A stretch of 50,222 bases of DNA from an uncultured Sulfurospirillum sp. (GTDB lineage: Bacteria > Campylobacterota > Campylobacteria > Campylobacterales > Sulfurospirillaceae): NCBI GenBank assembly GCA_964441765.1, contig CAYTVI010000005.1, positions 1-50,222 on the forward strand. Direction: 5' to 3'. Positions 21,979 to 30,590 of the stretch are shown one piece after another. The notes below the pieces were generated by a model. That model saw only the letters and a program-made list of their open reading frames with translations, was not told the DNA's origin and did no database searches. Position 1 is the first letter of the stretch; each line of letters begins with the position of its first letter. A program made the translations under genes and the position numbers.

Positions 21979-22584
21979 ATGGGTGCTGAATTTTCGATTG
22001 TTTCGACAGCTATTTTATTGATGCTGGTGATTGATCCTTTTGGAAATGTCCCCGTCATCCTCTCTATTTTAAAAGATGTGGATTTAGAGCGCCGAAAGGG
22101 CATCATCGTTCGCGAGATGCTCTTTGGGCTTGCTATTTTAGTCTTATTTTTATTGGGAGGAGAAGGGTTTTTGAACCTTTTTCACCTTGAAACGGATGCT
22201 GTACGAATAGCTGGGGCTGTTATCTTTTTTGTCATTGGTATTAAACTCATTTTCCCTGGAAGTGAAGGGAGTAGTGGGCTTTATGGAACATCTAAAGAGC
22301 CTTTTATTGTTCCCATCGCGATGCCCTTAATTGCTGGCCCTTCCACACTTGCAACCCTTTTGGTTTTAAGCAAATCACACGCTTCTCATTTTGGAGGATT
22401 ATTGGTTGCTCTTTTACTCGCATGGTTTGCCTCCGCTATCATCATGTATCTCTCCCCGCTGTTGTACAAACTTTTACGTGAAAAAGGTCTTTTAGCTTTA
22501 GAAAAATTGATGGGAATGCTCCTTCTAATCATGTCCGTGCAAATGTTTGTTGATGGTATTCGAGGGCTTGTTCACTCCTTTTAA
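21979..22584 (+). CDS. MarC family membrane protein
   Basis: DPFGNVP, VPIAMPLIAGP, KLMGMLL. Confidence 0.92.
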   Translation: MGAEFSIVSTAILLMLVIDPFGNVPVILSILKDVDLERRKGIIVREMLFGLAILVLFLLGGEGFLNLFHLETDAVRIAGAVIFFVIGIKLIFPGSEGSSGLYGTSKEPFIVPIAMPLIAGPSTLATLLVLSKSHASHFGGLLVALLLAWFASAIIMYLSPLLYKLLREKGLLALEKLMGMLLLIMSVQMFVDGIRGLVHSF

Positions 22585-22601
22585 TTCTTTACATGTAAAA
22601 G

Positions 22602-23129
22602 CTAGTGAGCCATCTTTTTGTACACTTCTTTAAAGTGCTTCAGTTTAGGAGCAATGACAAACGAACAATACCCTTGATGAGGATTATTCTGAAAATAGTG
22701 CTGATGGTAGGCTTCTGCTTCGTAAAAATGAGGCAGGGGAAGAACCTCTGTAACAATAGGCTTCGTAAAGGCTTCTGAGGCTTTTTTTATTGAAGCTATC
22801 GCTATTTGTTTTTGCCTCTCATCATGGTAAAAAATTACTGAGCGGTACTGTGTACCTACATCATTCCCTTGGGCATTAAGTGTTGTAGGATCATGGATAA
22901 GCCAAAAGATTTTTAAAATTTCATCAAAAGAGATGATGGTCGTATCAAAAGTGATATGCACGACTTCCGCATGATGGGTCGTCCCACGACAGACTTGCTC
23001 ATACGTAGGATTTTCTACCTCACCTCCTGCATACCCACTGACAACCTCTATGACACCTTCTATTTGTGAAAAAATAGCTTCTAAACACCAAAAACATCCG
23101 CCACCTAATGTGATACTCTCATGCTTCAT
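22602..23129 (-). CDS. msrA: Peptide methionine sulfoxide reductase A
   Basis: GGGCFWC, GYAGG, HDPT, GTQYRS, AEAYHQ; start MKHES after AAGGAG. Confidence 0.96.
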   Translation of the reverse strand: MKHESITLGGGCFWCLEAIFSQIEGVIEVVSGYAGGEVENPTYEQVCRGTTHHAEVVHITFDTTIISFDEILKIFWLIHDPTTLNAQGNDVGTQYRSVIFYHDERQKQIAIASIKKASEAFTKPIVTEVLPLPHFYEAEAYHQHYFQNNPHQGYCSFVIAPKLKHFKEVYKKMAH

Positions 23130-23220
23130 ACGTTTCTCCTTGAAGAACTTTTTCATAATGTGATTGATTATAACACGTTACATGTAAATCACCCTTATGC
23201 CATTTTGAGTAATCAATTTA

Positions 23221-23229
23221 TGTTATAAT
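23221..23229 (+). promoter_or_regulatory. Extended -10 of the mla operon
   Basis: TGtTATAAT 24 nt before ATG 23254. Confidence 0.55.
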
Positions 23230-23253
23230 AAGTAAAAAATAGGTGTCTACACG

Positions 23254-24384
23254 ATGAAGAAAGCCTCCGCACTTCAGCTTTCACAACACAATAATGCTCT
23301 CACACTCCGCTTCGAGGGCGCATGGACAAAAGAGGCTGTTTCTTCTTTGGAAAAAAGTTTTTTGCACCTACCTCTACAATCTTCATTTTCCTATCAATTT
23401 GATTTTTCAGAGATTGAAGCGTTTGATACACATGGAATTATGCTTATTTTGCACTATCTTCATCGACTCAAAAGCCTATCAGCTTCCATCACGCTCCTTC
23501 ATAAAGATGAACATTTTCAAAAGCTTTTTGAAATTTGTGATACACATTTTCCCAAAGAAGAACTTCCGCATGAGCCCAAAAATGTTATTCTTGATTTTTT
23601 AGAAAATGTCGGAAAAACAATGGTTGAAGGCTATAAAACGCTCTCTTCTTTTTTTTCATTTACAGGAGAACTCACGCATCATGTGAGTGCTTCACTTCTT
23701 AACCCTTTTTCCATTCGCCTTCGTGCGATGCTCTATCATATCGAGCAAAGTGGAGCTGGGGCTATTCCAATTATTTTACTCACGTCATTTCTTATTGGTG
23801 TGGTTATTGCCTACCAAGGTGCCACTCAGCTTGAAAAATTTGGTGCCAATATTTTTATTGTGGAGATGGTGACTATCTCAGCGGTTCGAGAACTGGCTCC
23901 ACTTATTACAGCCATCGTTGTAGCAGGACGCAGTGCTTCTGCGTACACTGCACAAATTGGTGTCATGAAAATTACCGATGAAGTCGATGCGATGCGCTCT
24001 ATGGGATTTTCTCCTTGGGATTTTTTGGTTTTGCCTCGCCTTTTTGCACTCATGATTTCGTTGCCACTGTTAGTCTTTTTTGCCGACGTTGTCTCTGTTT
24101 TTGGAGGGATGGTTGTCGCCTCCTCAAGGCTAGATGTTAATTTTGTCGAGTTTATCGACCGCATCAAAGAGACTGTAGCACTCAAACACCTTATTATTGG
24201 GCTTGTAAAAGCACCTATTTTTGGAGCGATTATCGCAACCATTGGCTGTTTCCGTGGTTTTCAAATTGATAGCAGTACGGAGAGTGTCGGTAAGTTCACC
24301 ACTATTAGCGTGGTCAATGCTATTTTTTGGGTGATTGCTATGGATGCTATCATCTCTGTTTTACTAACGGAGCTTGGACTATGA
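23254..24384 (+). CDS. mlaE: MlaE-family permease with N-terminal STAS domain
   Basis: RELAPLITAI..AGR, EVDAM.SMG, LVLPR; N-terminal DFSEI..FDT.G. Confidence 0.88.
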   Translation: MKKASALQLSQHNNALTLRFEGAWTKEAVSSLEKSFLHLPLQSSFSYQFDFSEIEAFDTHGIMLILHYLHRLKSLSASITLLHKDEHFQKLFEICDTHFPKEELPHEPKNVILDFLENVGKTMVEGYKTLSSFFSFTGELTHHVSASLLNPFSIRLRAMLYHIEQSGAGAIPIILLTSFLIGVVIAYQGATQLEKFGANIFIVEMVTISAVRELAPLITAIVVAGRSASAYTAQIGVMKITDEVDAMRSMGFSPWDFLVLPRLFALMISLPLLVFFADVVSVFGGMVVASSRLDVNFVEFIDRIKETVALKHLIIGLVKAPIFGAIIATIGCFRGFQIDSSTESVGKFTTISVVNAIFWVIAMDAIISVLLTELGL

Positions 24385-25109
24385 ATCCACTGATTGAAGC
24401 ACGCGATATCATCACCCGTTTTGGCGAGCATGTAATCCATGATGGCGTTAATTTCAAGATTTATGAAAAAGAAATTTTTGGTCTTTTAGGGGGGAGCGGG
24501 AGCGGAAAAACGACTTTACTTCGCGAGATGATTTTATTGCAACGTGTCAGTGGCGGAAGTATGCATGTTTTGGGAGAAAATGTGGGTGAGCTCAATGCTA
24601 CAGGCAAACAGCTTTTGCGCCAAAAATGGGGTGTTCTTTTCCAATTTGGAGCACTGTTTACCTCTCTTACCATTCTTGAAAATGTGATGATCGCCATGCA
24701 AGAATACACCGATATCCCTTTTGAGCTCGCACAAGAATCAGCAATGATGAAACTTTCCATGGTTGGGCTCCCTCCAAAAGTTGCTACCATGTTCCCCTCA
24801 GAACTCAGCGGTGGAATGAAAAAGCGTGCAGGACTCGCACGTGCTTTAGCGCTTGATCCTAAATTGCTTTTTTTGGATGAGCCGACTTCTGGGCTTGATC
24901 CACACAGTGCACGCGCCTTTGATGAGTTAATCTTAGCACTTCGTGAAACATTAGGCATCACCGTCGTTATGGTAACACATGATAAAGATACAATTGCAAA
25001 CGTTTTAGACCGCTTTGTCATTCTTGGCAATAAAAAAGTACTCTTTGATGGTACAATGGATCTCTTAAAAGAGACAACCGATGAAACATTACAAAAATTT
25101 TTAAACTGA
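24381..25109 (+). CDS. mlaF: MlaF-family ABC ATPase
   Basis: GGSGSGKTT, LFQFGALF, ELSGGM.KR, DEPTSGLDP; ATG 24381 overlaps the mlaE stop. Confidence 0.88.
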   Translation: MNPLIEARDIITRFGEHVIHDGVNFKIYEKEIFGLLGGSGSGKTTLLREMILLQRVSGGSMHVLGENVGELNATGKQLLRQKWGVLFQFGALFTSLTILENVMIAMQEYTDIPFELAQESAMMKLSMVGLPPKVATMFPSELSGGMKKRAGLARALALDPKLLFLDEPTSGLDPHSARAFDELILALRETLGITVVMVTHDKDTIANVLDRFVILGNKKVLFDGTMDLLKETTDETLQKFLN

Positions 25110-25116
25110 GGCTTCT

Positions 25117-26100
25117 ATGGAAAATCGATTAAGTTATATTTTGGTCGGACTTTTTGTCTTTGTCTTGCTCATAGCCGGTGTTTTTTCAATTGTCTGGCTA
25201 GGAAATTATTCAGATAAAGGCAATTTTAAATTTTACAAAGTCGCCACCAAAGAGTCTGTTTCAGGACTCAATGACAAAGCGCCTGTCAAACTTCGAGGGG
25301 TACAAGTCGGTGAAGTCAGAGGCATTACGATTAACCCTCAAAATGCTGAAGAAGTTTTGGTCACCATTCGTGTTGAGGAGAGTGCTCCCATCAAAGAAGA
25401 CACGTATGCGTTAATTGAAGCACAAGGTATCACAGGACTTAGCTATATCCAACTTCAAGGTGGAACCAATGAAGCAAAAGAGCTGAAAACCGGTTCAAAA
25501 TCAGAAGAATATGGCATCATTCCCTCCCGTCCTTCAACCCTTTCTCGTCTAGATAAAACCATCACTTCCATCAGTGCTAAAGCGGAAAAGATTTTTGAAA
25601 GGGCAGAAGAAGTTATGAGTGAAAAAAATATTAAAAACCTTGAAGCGATTATCGAAAATAGCGCAAAAATAACCTCTTCGACCGCTAAAACACTTGAAAA
25701 TATTGAAGCCAATAATAAAGAAATTGCACAGATTTTAAAACAAGCCGTTGTCTTTGAAAAAGCGGCGATTGAAGCGGCAAATGGCGTAAAAGAGATGTCA
25801 CATTCCTTTCGTAACGCTGTTGATAGTACAGGAATTGAGATGATGAGTAAAGTCAAAGAGGCATCGCAAAGCGTTAAAACGGTCATGAGTGGCTTAGACG
25901 CTAAGATGCAACAAGGCACGTTTGACATTGATATTTTAGTCAAAGAAAATCTGATTCCTTTACAAAGTACTTTAGAAGAGTTACGCATTTTAACCATTGA
26001 AACCAAAGCACTGATTGACCACCTCAACGATAGCCCTAGTGATCTTTTCTTTAAGTCAGAAACGATCCACCCAGCCCCTAATGAAACAAGGAGACCTTAA
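25117..26100 (+). CDS. mlaD: MCE/MlaD family protein with long helical C-terminus
   Basis: N-terminal TM; VSGL...APV..RGV.VG.V; QGITG..YIQL. Confidence 0.88.
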   Translation: MENRLSYILVGLFVFVLLIAGVFSIVWLGNYSDKGNFKFYKVATKESVSGLNDKAPVKLRGVQVGEVRGITINPQNAEEVLVTIRVEESAPIKEDTYALIEAQGITGLSYIQLQGGTNEAKELKTGSKSEEYGIIPSRPSTLSRLDKTITSISAKAEKIFERAEEVMSEKNIKNLEAIIENSAKITSSTAKTLENIEANNKEIAQILKQAVVFEKAAIEAANGVKEMSHSFRNAVDSTGIEMMSKVKEASQSVKTVMSGLDAKMQQGTFDIDILVKENLIPLQSTLEELRILTIETKALIDHLNDSPSDLFFKSETIHPAPNETRRP

Positions 26101-26699
26101 TGAAACCATCATCTTTTATCACCTTTTTTGCACTGCTTTTTTTATCAGGTTGTAGTGTGAAAGAAAGTGCCATTAAACCTTATAATTACTCACTTGAACC
26201 TATGGTAAAGCTTGAACGCTTTAGCACGCCTAATAACGATGTTTTAAAAGTCGCCCGTGTTGATACAACAAGTGGTTTGAACAGCAGAGCGATTTTGTAC
26301 AAGAAAGAAGGCGCTATGCAACCGTATAAGTATGGTTTATGGAGTGAAACACCCCCTTTAAAACTACAACACCTATTCACAGAAGCCCTGCAAGATCAAA
26401 ATCATTTTGGCTCTGTCATCTCAGGAACTTCTATGGCATCCAATAACCTTGTCTTAGAACCTGTTCTTCAAAATTTTGAAGAGGTGTTTGGGGAAGATGG
26501 GCGCTCACATGTTTATGTTAGCCTGCGTTTCCGTTTGGTTGAGCTTAAAAGCGGTCAAGTCCTTGGCAGTGTCAAACTTTCATCCAAAAAAGAGGTTACA
26601 AATACTAACGGTGCTGTGGGTGCTGTTGAAGCCTTTAATGCTGCAACAGCAGAAGTGATTAAAAGCCTTGCAAAATGGGTCAATGAGGTACGAAAATAA
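26100..26699 (+). CDS. ABC transport auxiliary lipoprotein (PqiC-like)
   Basis: Lipobox LSGC; Y..W.E.P motif; last gene of the mla operon. Confidence 0.78.
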   Translation: MKPSSFITFFALLFLSGCSVKESAIKPYNYSLEPMVKLERFSTPNNDVLKVARVDTTSGLNSRAILYKKEGAMQPYKYGLWSETPPLKLQHLFTEALQDQNHFGSVISGTSMASNNLVLEPVLQNFEEVFGEDGRSHVYVSLRFRLVELKSGQVLGSVKLSSKKEVTNTNGAVGAVEAFNAATAEVIKSLAKWVNEVRK

Positions 26700-26702
26700 G
26701 CT

Positions 26703-27374
26703 ATGAAAAAGCGCCTTTTACTCCTCGAAGACGACACTAACCTTAGCGAAACGGTGTGTGAGTTTCTAGAATCCAAAGGCTATGAAGTGCTGGCTGTTTT
26801 TGATGGAGAAGAGGCAGAAGAGGCAATGTTTGAGCACCATTTTGACCTCTTTTTACTGGATGTCAATGTTCCCTCACTAAACGGATTTGACCTACTTTCC
26901 AAAGTACGTAAAGAAGGAAATACAACACCGGCTATTTTTCTTACATCCCTCAATGCCATTGAAAATGTGGAAGAAGGGTATGAGAGTGGATGCGATGATT
27001 ATGTGCGTAAACCTTTTGCGTTAAAAGAGCTTCTTTTTCGCATTGAGAGCATTTTAAAACGAGAGTTTTTTCACTCACCTAAAAGCACTCTTTCGCTTTC
27101 CGAAAGTGTTGTTTTTGATACGAATACAAACACTTTATTGGTTGATAACCAGCCTGTTCAATTGCAAAAGAAGGAAGCTATTTTGCTCAAACTTTTTTTA
27201 CAAAAACCCAATGAAATTATCACTCATGCGTTTATTATGTCGCATGTATGGGAATACGAAGAAGAGGGAAGTGACGATGCCTTGCGCACGTACATTAAAA
27301 ATTTACGCAAAATCATAGGGAAAGACCGCATTGTTAATCTTAAAAAACTGGGATACAAATTTACGAGCCAGTGA
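26703..27374 (+). CDS. OmpR-family response regulator (DccR-like)
   Basis: LLLEDD, LDVNVP, TPAIFLTSL, GCDDY.RKPF, LRTYIKNLRK. Confidence 0.92.
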   Translation: MKKRLLLLEDDTNLSETVCEFLESKGYEVLAVFDGEEAEEAMFEHHFDLFLLDVNVPSLNGFDLLSKVRKEGNTTPAIFLTSLNAIENVEEGYESGCDDYVRKPFALKELLFRIESILKREFFHSPKSTLSLSESVVFDTNTNTLLVDNQPVQLQKKEAILLKLFLQKPNEIITHAFIMSHVWEYEEEGSDDALRTYIKNLRKIIGKDRIVNLKKLGYKFTSQ

Positions 27375-28518
27375 GAAAAAGACTCTTTTGTCCTTTCTTG
27401 CCCTCTACGCTTTTTTAACACTGCTGATTTTGGTGTTTGTTGCTATGCTTTATTATGCTTCACAACGAGAGCTCTTATTGCAAAGCAAACGAGAGTATCT
27501 CTCTTCACTCACCAATGAGCAAATTGCTCTGTTAAAATCGTTACATGTAAATTTTGATAAAGACCAAACCTATCCACGAGATGAGCGTTTTAACTCAGCC
27601 ATTTACGATAGCAGTCTTAAAGAAATCTTCTCAACCCTCACCTCAAAAAATGTCAATCTTTACGAAGATATTTATCTTAAAAACGGTTTTCTCTATTTTG
27701 TGAAAGAGCTAGAATTTTACTATGTGGGCGCACGCTATATCGTTTTAGAAATCCCAGCACCTCTTGAATGGGAAGAGCGTGTTCATAAAAAACTCTTTCT
27801 TTATGGTGGCTTGATTTTTGGTGTGTTAGTGCTTATTGGTTATTTTTTGCTTGCGCTGCTCTTGCGCCCAATGCGTCAAGCTATCAGTTTGCTCGATGGT
27901 TTTATCAAAGACACCACGCATGAGCTAAATACTCCCATCAATGCCATCTTAACCAATATCGAAATGATTGATATTGAGGCACTTGAACCCTCCTTAGCAA
28001 AGAAAATAAAGCGTATCACCATCGCTTCTAAAACCATCTCAAATCTTTACGATGACCTCACCTACCTTGTCCTCTCCCACCGCGTGATGTCACAAAACGA
28101 AGAGGTGTGTTTAACATCACTCCTAGAAGAGCGATTAGAGTACTTTTCACTGCTCATTGAGTCTAAAAAACTTTCCTTAAGCACACACTATGAAGCAAAA
28201 CCTATCTTGTTGATTGACCGAAAAAAAATATCTAAAGTGATTGATAATATTCTCTCCAATGCTATCAAATACAATAAAATCGGTGGTCTCATTCGTATCG
28301 ACGTTCATGCGAAATCACTGAACATTAAAGACTCTGGTGTGGGTATTGAAGAGGCGAAGCTGGGATTGGTGTTTGAGCGTTATTCACGTTTTAATACCAG
28401 TGTGGGCGGCTTTGGTATCGGGCTTAATATCGTCGCACTAATCGCCAAAGAGTATGATTTACATGTAAATATTTCTTCACAACTCAACGAAGGCACGGAG
28501 GTCGTTATTTCATGGTAA
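27331..28518 (+). CDS. Sensor histidine kinase (DccS-like)
   Basis: Two TMs; DTTHELNTP, NILSNAIKY, DSGVG, GGFGIGL; TTG start uncertain. Confidence 0.9.
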   Translation: MLILKNWDTNLRASEKKTLLSFLALYAFLTLLILVFVAMLYYASQRELLLQSKREYLSSLTNEQIALLKSLHVNFDKDQTYPRDERFNSAIYDSSLKEIFSTLTSKNVNLYEDIYLKNGFLYFVKELEFYYVGARYIVLEIPAPLEWEERVHKKLFLYGGLIFGVLVLIGYFLLALLLRPMRQAISLLDGFIKDTTHELNTPINAILTNIEMIDIEALEPSLAKKIKRITIASKTISNLYDDLTYLVLSHRVMSQNEEVCLTSLLEERLEYFSLLIESKKLSLSTHYEAKPILLIDRKKISKVIDNILSNAIKYNKIGGLIRIDVHAKSLNIKDSGVGIEEAKLGLVFERYSRFNTSVGGFGIGLNIVALIAKEYDLHVNISSQLNEGTEVVISW

Positions 28519-28841
28519 AACTTCTATTGATTTTTGCTTTATCGATAAGCCTTCACGCCAAAACACTTTACGAATACAACTGTGTTTCATGCCATGAAGG
28601 CATGACAATCACACTCGATAAGTTCTTTTTTCGCTACTTACTTAAGTACAGTTCCGAAGAAAAGGTCAAACGTGCGATGATGGATTATTTAAAAGACCCT
28701 AAGGCTGAAAATTCTATTTTGGAGCCTTGGCTTATCAGCCGTATTGGCGTTAAAAAACGCACCACCCTCACAGATAAAGAACTGCAAAATGCTTTGCAAG
28801 AATATTGGGAAACGTACAAAGTTTTTGGAAAGATAAAATAA
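28512..28841 (+). CDS. Monoheme c-type cytochrome
   Basis: Signal peptide; CVSCH. Confidence 0.75.
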   Translation: MVKLLLIFALSISLHAKTLYEYNCVSCHEGMTITLDKFFFRYLLKYSSEEKVKRAMMDYLKDPKAENSILEPWLISRIGVKKRTTLTDKELQNALQEYWETYKVFGKIK

Positions 28842-28857
28842 AAAAGTTTCTTTTTTA

Positions 28858-28890
28858 TTTCACGATAGATTCACATTTTTTCATTATACT
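28858..28890 (+). promoter_or_regulatory. DccR-type box plus -10 for cytochrome c553
   Basis: TTTCAC-gataga-TTCACA; TATACT begins 10 nt after the second TTCAC. Confidence 0.6.
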
Positions 28891-28918
28891 TCTCTTATTA
28901 TTTTATTAAGGAGTTATT

Positions 28919-29215
28919 ATGAAAAAGGTATTTTTTTTAGCCAGTGTTATTTGGGCGACTTCAATATTTGCAGCCGATGGGGCGACTTTGTATAAGACAT
29001 GTGCCACCTGTCATGGCGCTAAAGGTGAAAAAGCAGCCCTCAATAAATCTCAAATCATTCAAGGCTGGAGCGCTAGTAAAACCACTGCCGCACTCAATGG
29101 TTACAAAGATGGCAGTTATGGTGGCCCACTTAAAGGTACTATGACTGGACAAGTGAAAAATCTTGATGCAGAAGCAATTAGCTCCCTAGCAAAATACATC
29201 GAAACACTCAAATAA
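28919..29215 (+). CDS. Cytochrome c553-like
   Basis: Signal peptide; CATCHG; YK.G.YGG..K..M axial Met; AAGGAG RBS. Confidence 0.92.
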   Translation: MKKVFFLASVIWATSIFAADGATLYKTCATCHGAKGEKAALNKSQIIQGWSASKTTAALNGYKDGSYGGPLKGTMTGQVKNLDAEAISSLAKYIETLK

Positions 29216-29222
29216 TTTCCAA

Positions 29223-29256
29223 AAGGAGCATCTTTTTTGCTCCTTCTTTTTTTTTT
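29223..29256 (+). terminator. Rho-independent terminator
   Basis: AAGGAGCA-tcttttt-TGCTCCTT plus long T run. Confidence 0.8.
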
Positions 29257-29324
29257 CTATTTTTCAGCACTTCTTAATATCCTTTGACTTATAGTAAACC
29301 CTACATTCCACACAGAGAAAACAT

Positions 29325-30590
29325 ATGGGTGATTATCTCAAAACGGCCACCATTTTGTATGTTGAAGACAATGAAGAAGTAAGGCTTGGCTATGCTAAAG
29401 CACTCAAGCGCTACGCTAAAGAACTCTATGTAGCCAATGATGGCTTTGAAGGCTTTGAACTTTTTCAAAAACACTCTCCTGATATTGTCATCTCCGATAT
29501 CAAAATGCCCCGTAAAAGTGGTATCGAGCTTGCACAAGCCATTAAAAAAATCAACCCAGACCAAGTGCTTATTTTTACCACCGCCTACAGTGAAGCAGAA
29601 TACACCCTACCTGCACTGGAGCTTCACATCGATGGGTATTTACTCAAACCTATCCATAAAAAAAATCTTCAAACCAAAATCAATCAACTCTCTAAACAAA
29701 TCAGCCTTCAAAAGCAGATGAAAGAACAGAGTTTATTATTAGAGCAAATTCTTAATTGCCAATCCAATGTTACGATTGTCACTGATTTTAAAACGATTAA
29801 ATTCGCCTCTCACTCTTTTTGGGAGATGCTTTATACCCAAGATTGGGAGAGTTTTTTTGAACGTTACAACGCTTTTTTAGACCTTTTTGTAGAACATCCT
29901 CATTATCTCTATGGAAAGAGTGTTGAAGAGTTTTTAAAGCGCTATGATGAGAGCCAAAGTGATATGAGGCTTGTTTCGATTATTACTTCCGAGGGGCCTA
30001 CGGCTTTTTATATTAACATTGACAACGTTGAGCATGTCGATGAGGAGCTTTTTATCATCACCCTTACCGACGTGACTTCTTTGCAAGCCTCACGACTGGA
30101 CGCTCAACACCATGCAAGTCACGATAGGCTCACAAAAGTCTTTAATCGCCATACCTTTGAAAACCATTTTGAGCGTGAGCTTTTACGGGTTAAGCGTTAT
30201 GAGAGACCTCTATGCGTGGCACTCATCGATATTGACCATTTCAAAAAATTTAACGATACTTTTGGACATTTAATTGGCGATGAAGTGCTCGTGATGCTCG
30301 CAAAAGAGATGATGCATTCCATCCGCAGTACGGATATTTTTGCACGCTGGGGTGGAGAAGAATTTGTGTTGATGATGAGCGAAACAGACATTCTCAAGGC
30401 AAAAAAAGTGGTTGAGATGTTGCGTTGTAAAATTGAAACACTCACACACCCTATTGCAGGAAATATCACGGTCAGCATTGGACTGACCAAAGCTTCAGAA
30501 GAAGATACCTACAAAACACTTTTTTCGCGTTGCGATGAGGCTTTGTATAAAGCAAAGATTTTTGGTCGCAATCGGGTTGAACTTTTGTGA
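29325..30590 (+). CDS. Response regulator diguanylate cyclase (REC-GGDEF)
   Basis: ILYVED, SDIKMP; DIDHFK..ND.FGH..GD, RSTD I-site, RWGGEEF. Confidence 0.93.
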   Translation: MGDYLKTATILYVEDNEEVRLGYAKALKRYAKELYVANDGFEGFELFQKHSPDIVISDIKMPRKSGIELAQAIKKINPDQVLIFTTAYSEAEYTLPALELHIDGYLLKPIHKKNLQTKINQLSKQISLQKQMKEQSLLLEQILNCQSNVTIVTDFKTIKFASHSFWEMLYTQDWESFFERYNAFLDLFVEHPHYLYGKSVEEFLKRYDESQSDMRLVSIITSEGPTAFYINIDNVEHVDEELFIITLTDVTSLQASRLDAQHHASHDRLTKVFNRHTFENHFERELLRVKRYERPLCVALIDIDHFKKFNDTFGHLIGDEVLVMLAKEMMHSIRSTDIFARWGGEEFVLMMSETDILKAKKVVEMLRCKIETLTHPIAGNITVSIGLTKASEEDTYKTLFSRCDEALYKAKIFGRNRVELL

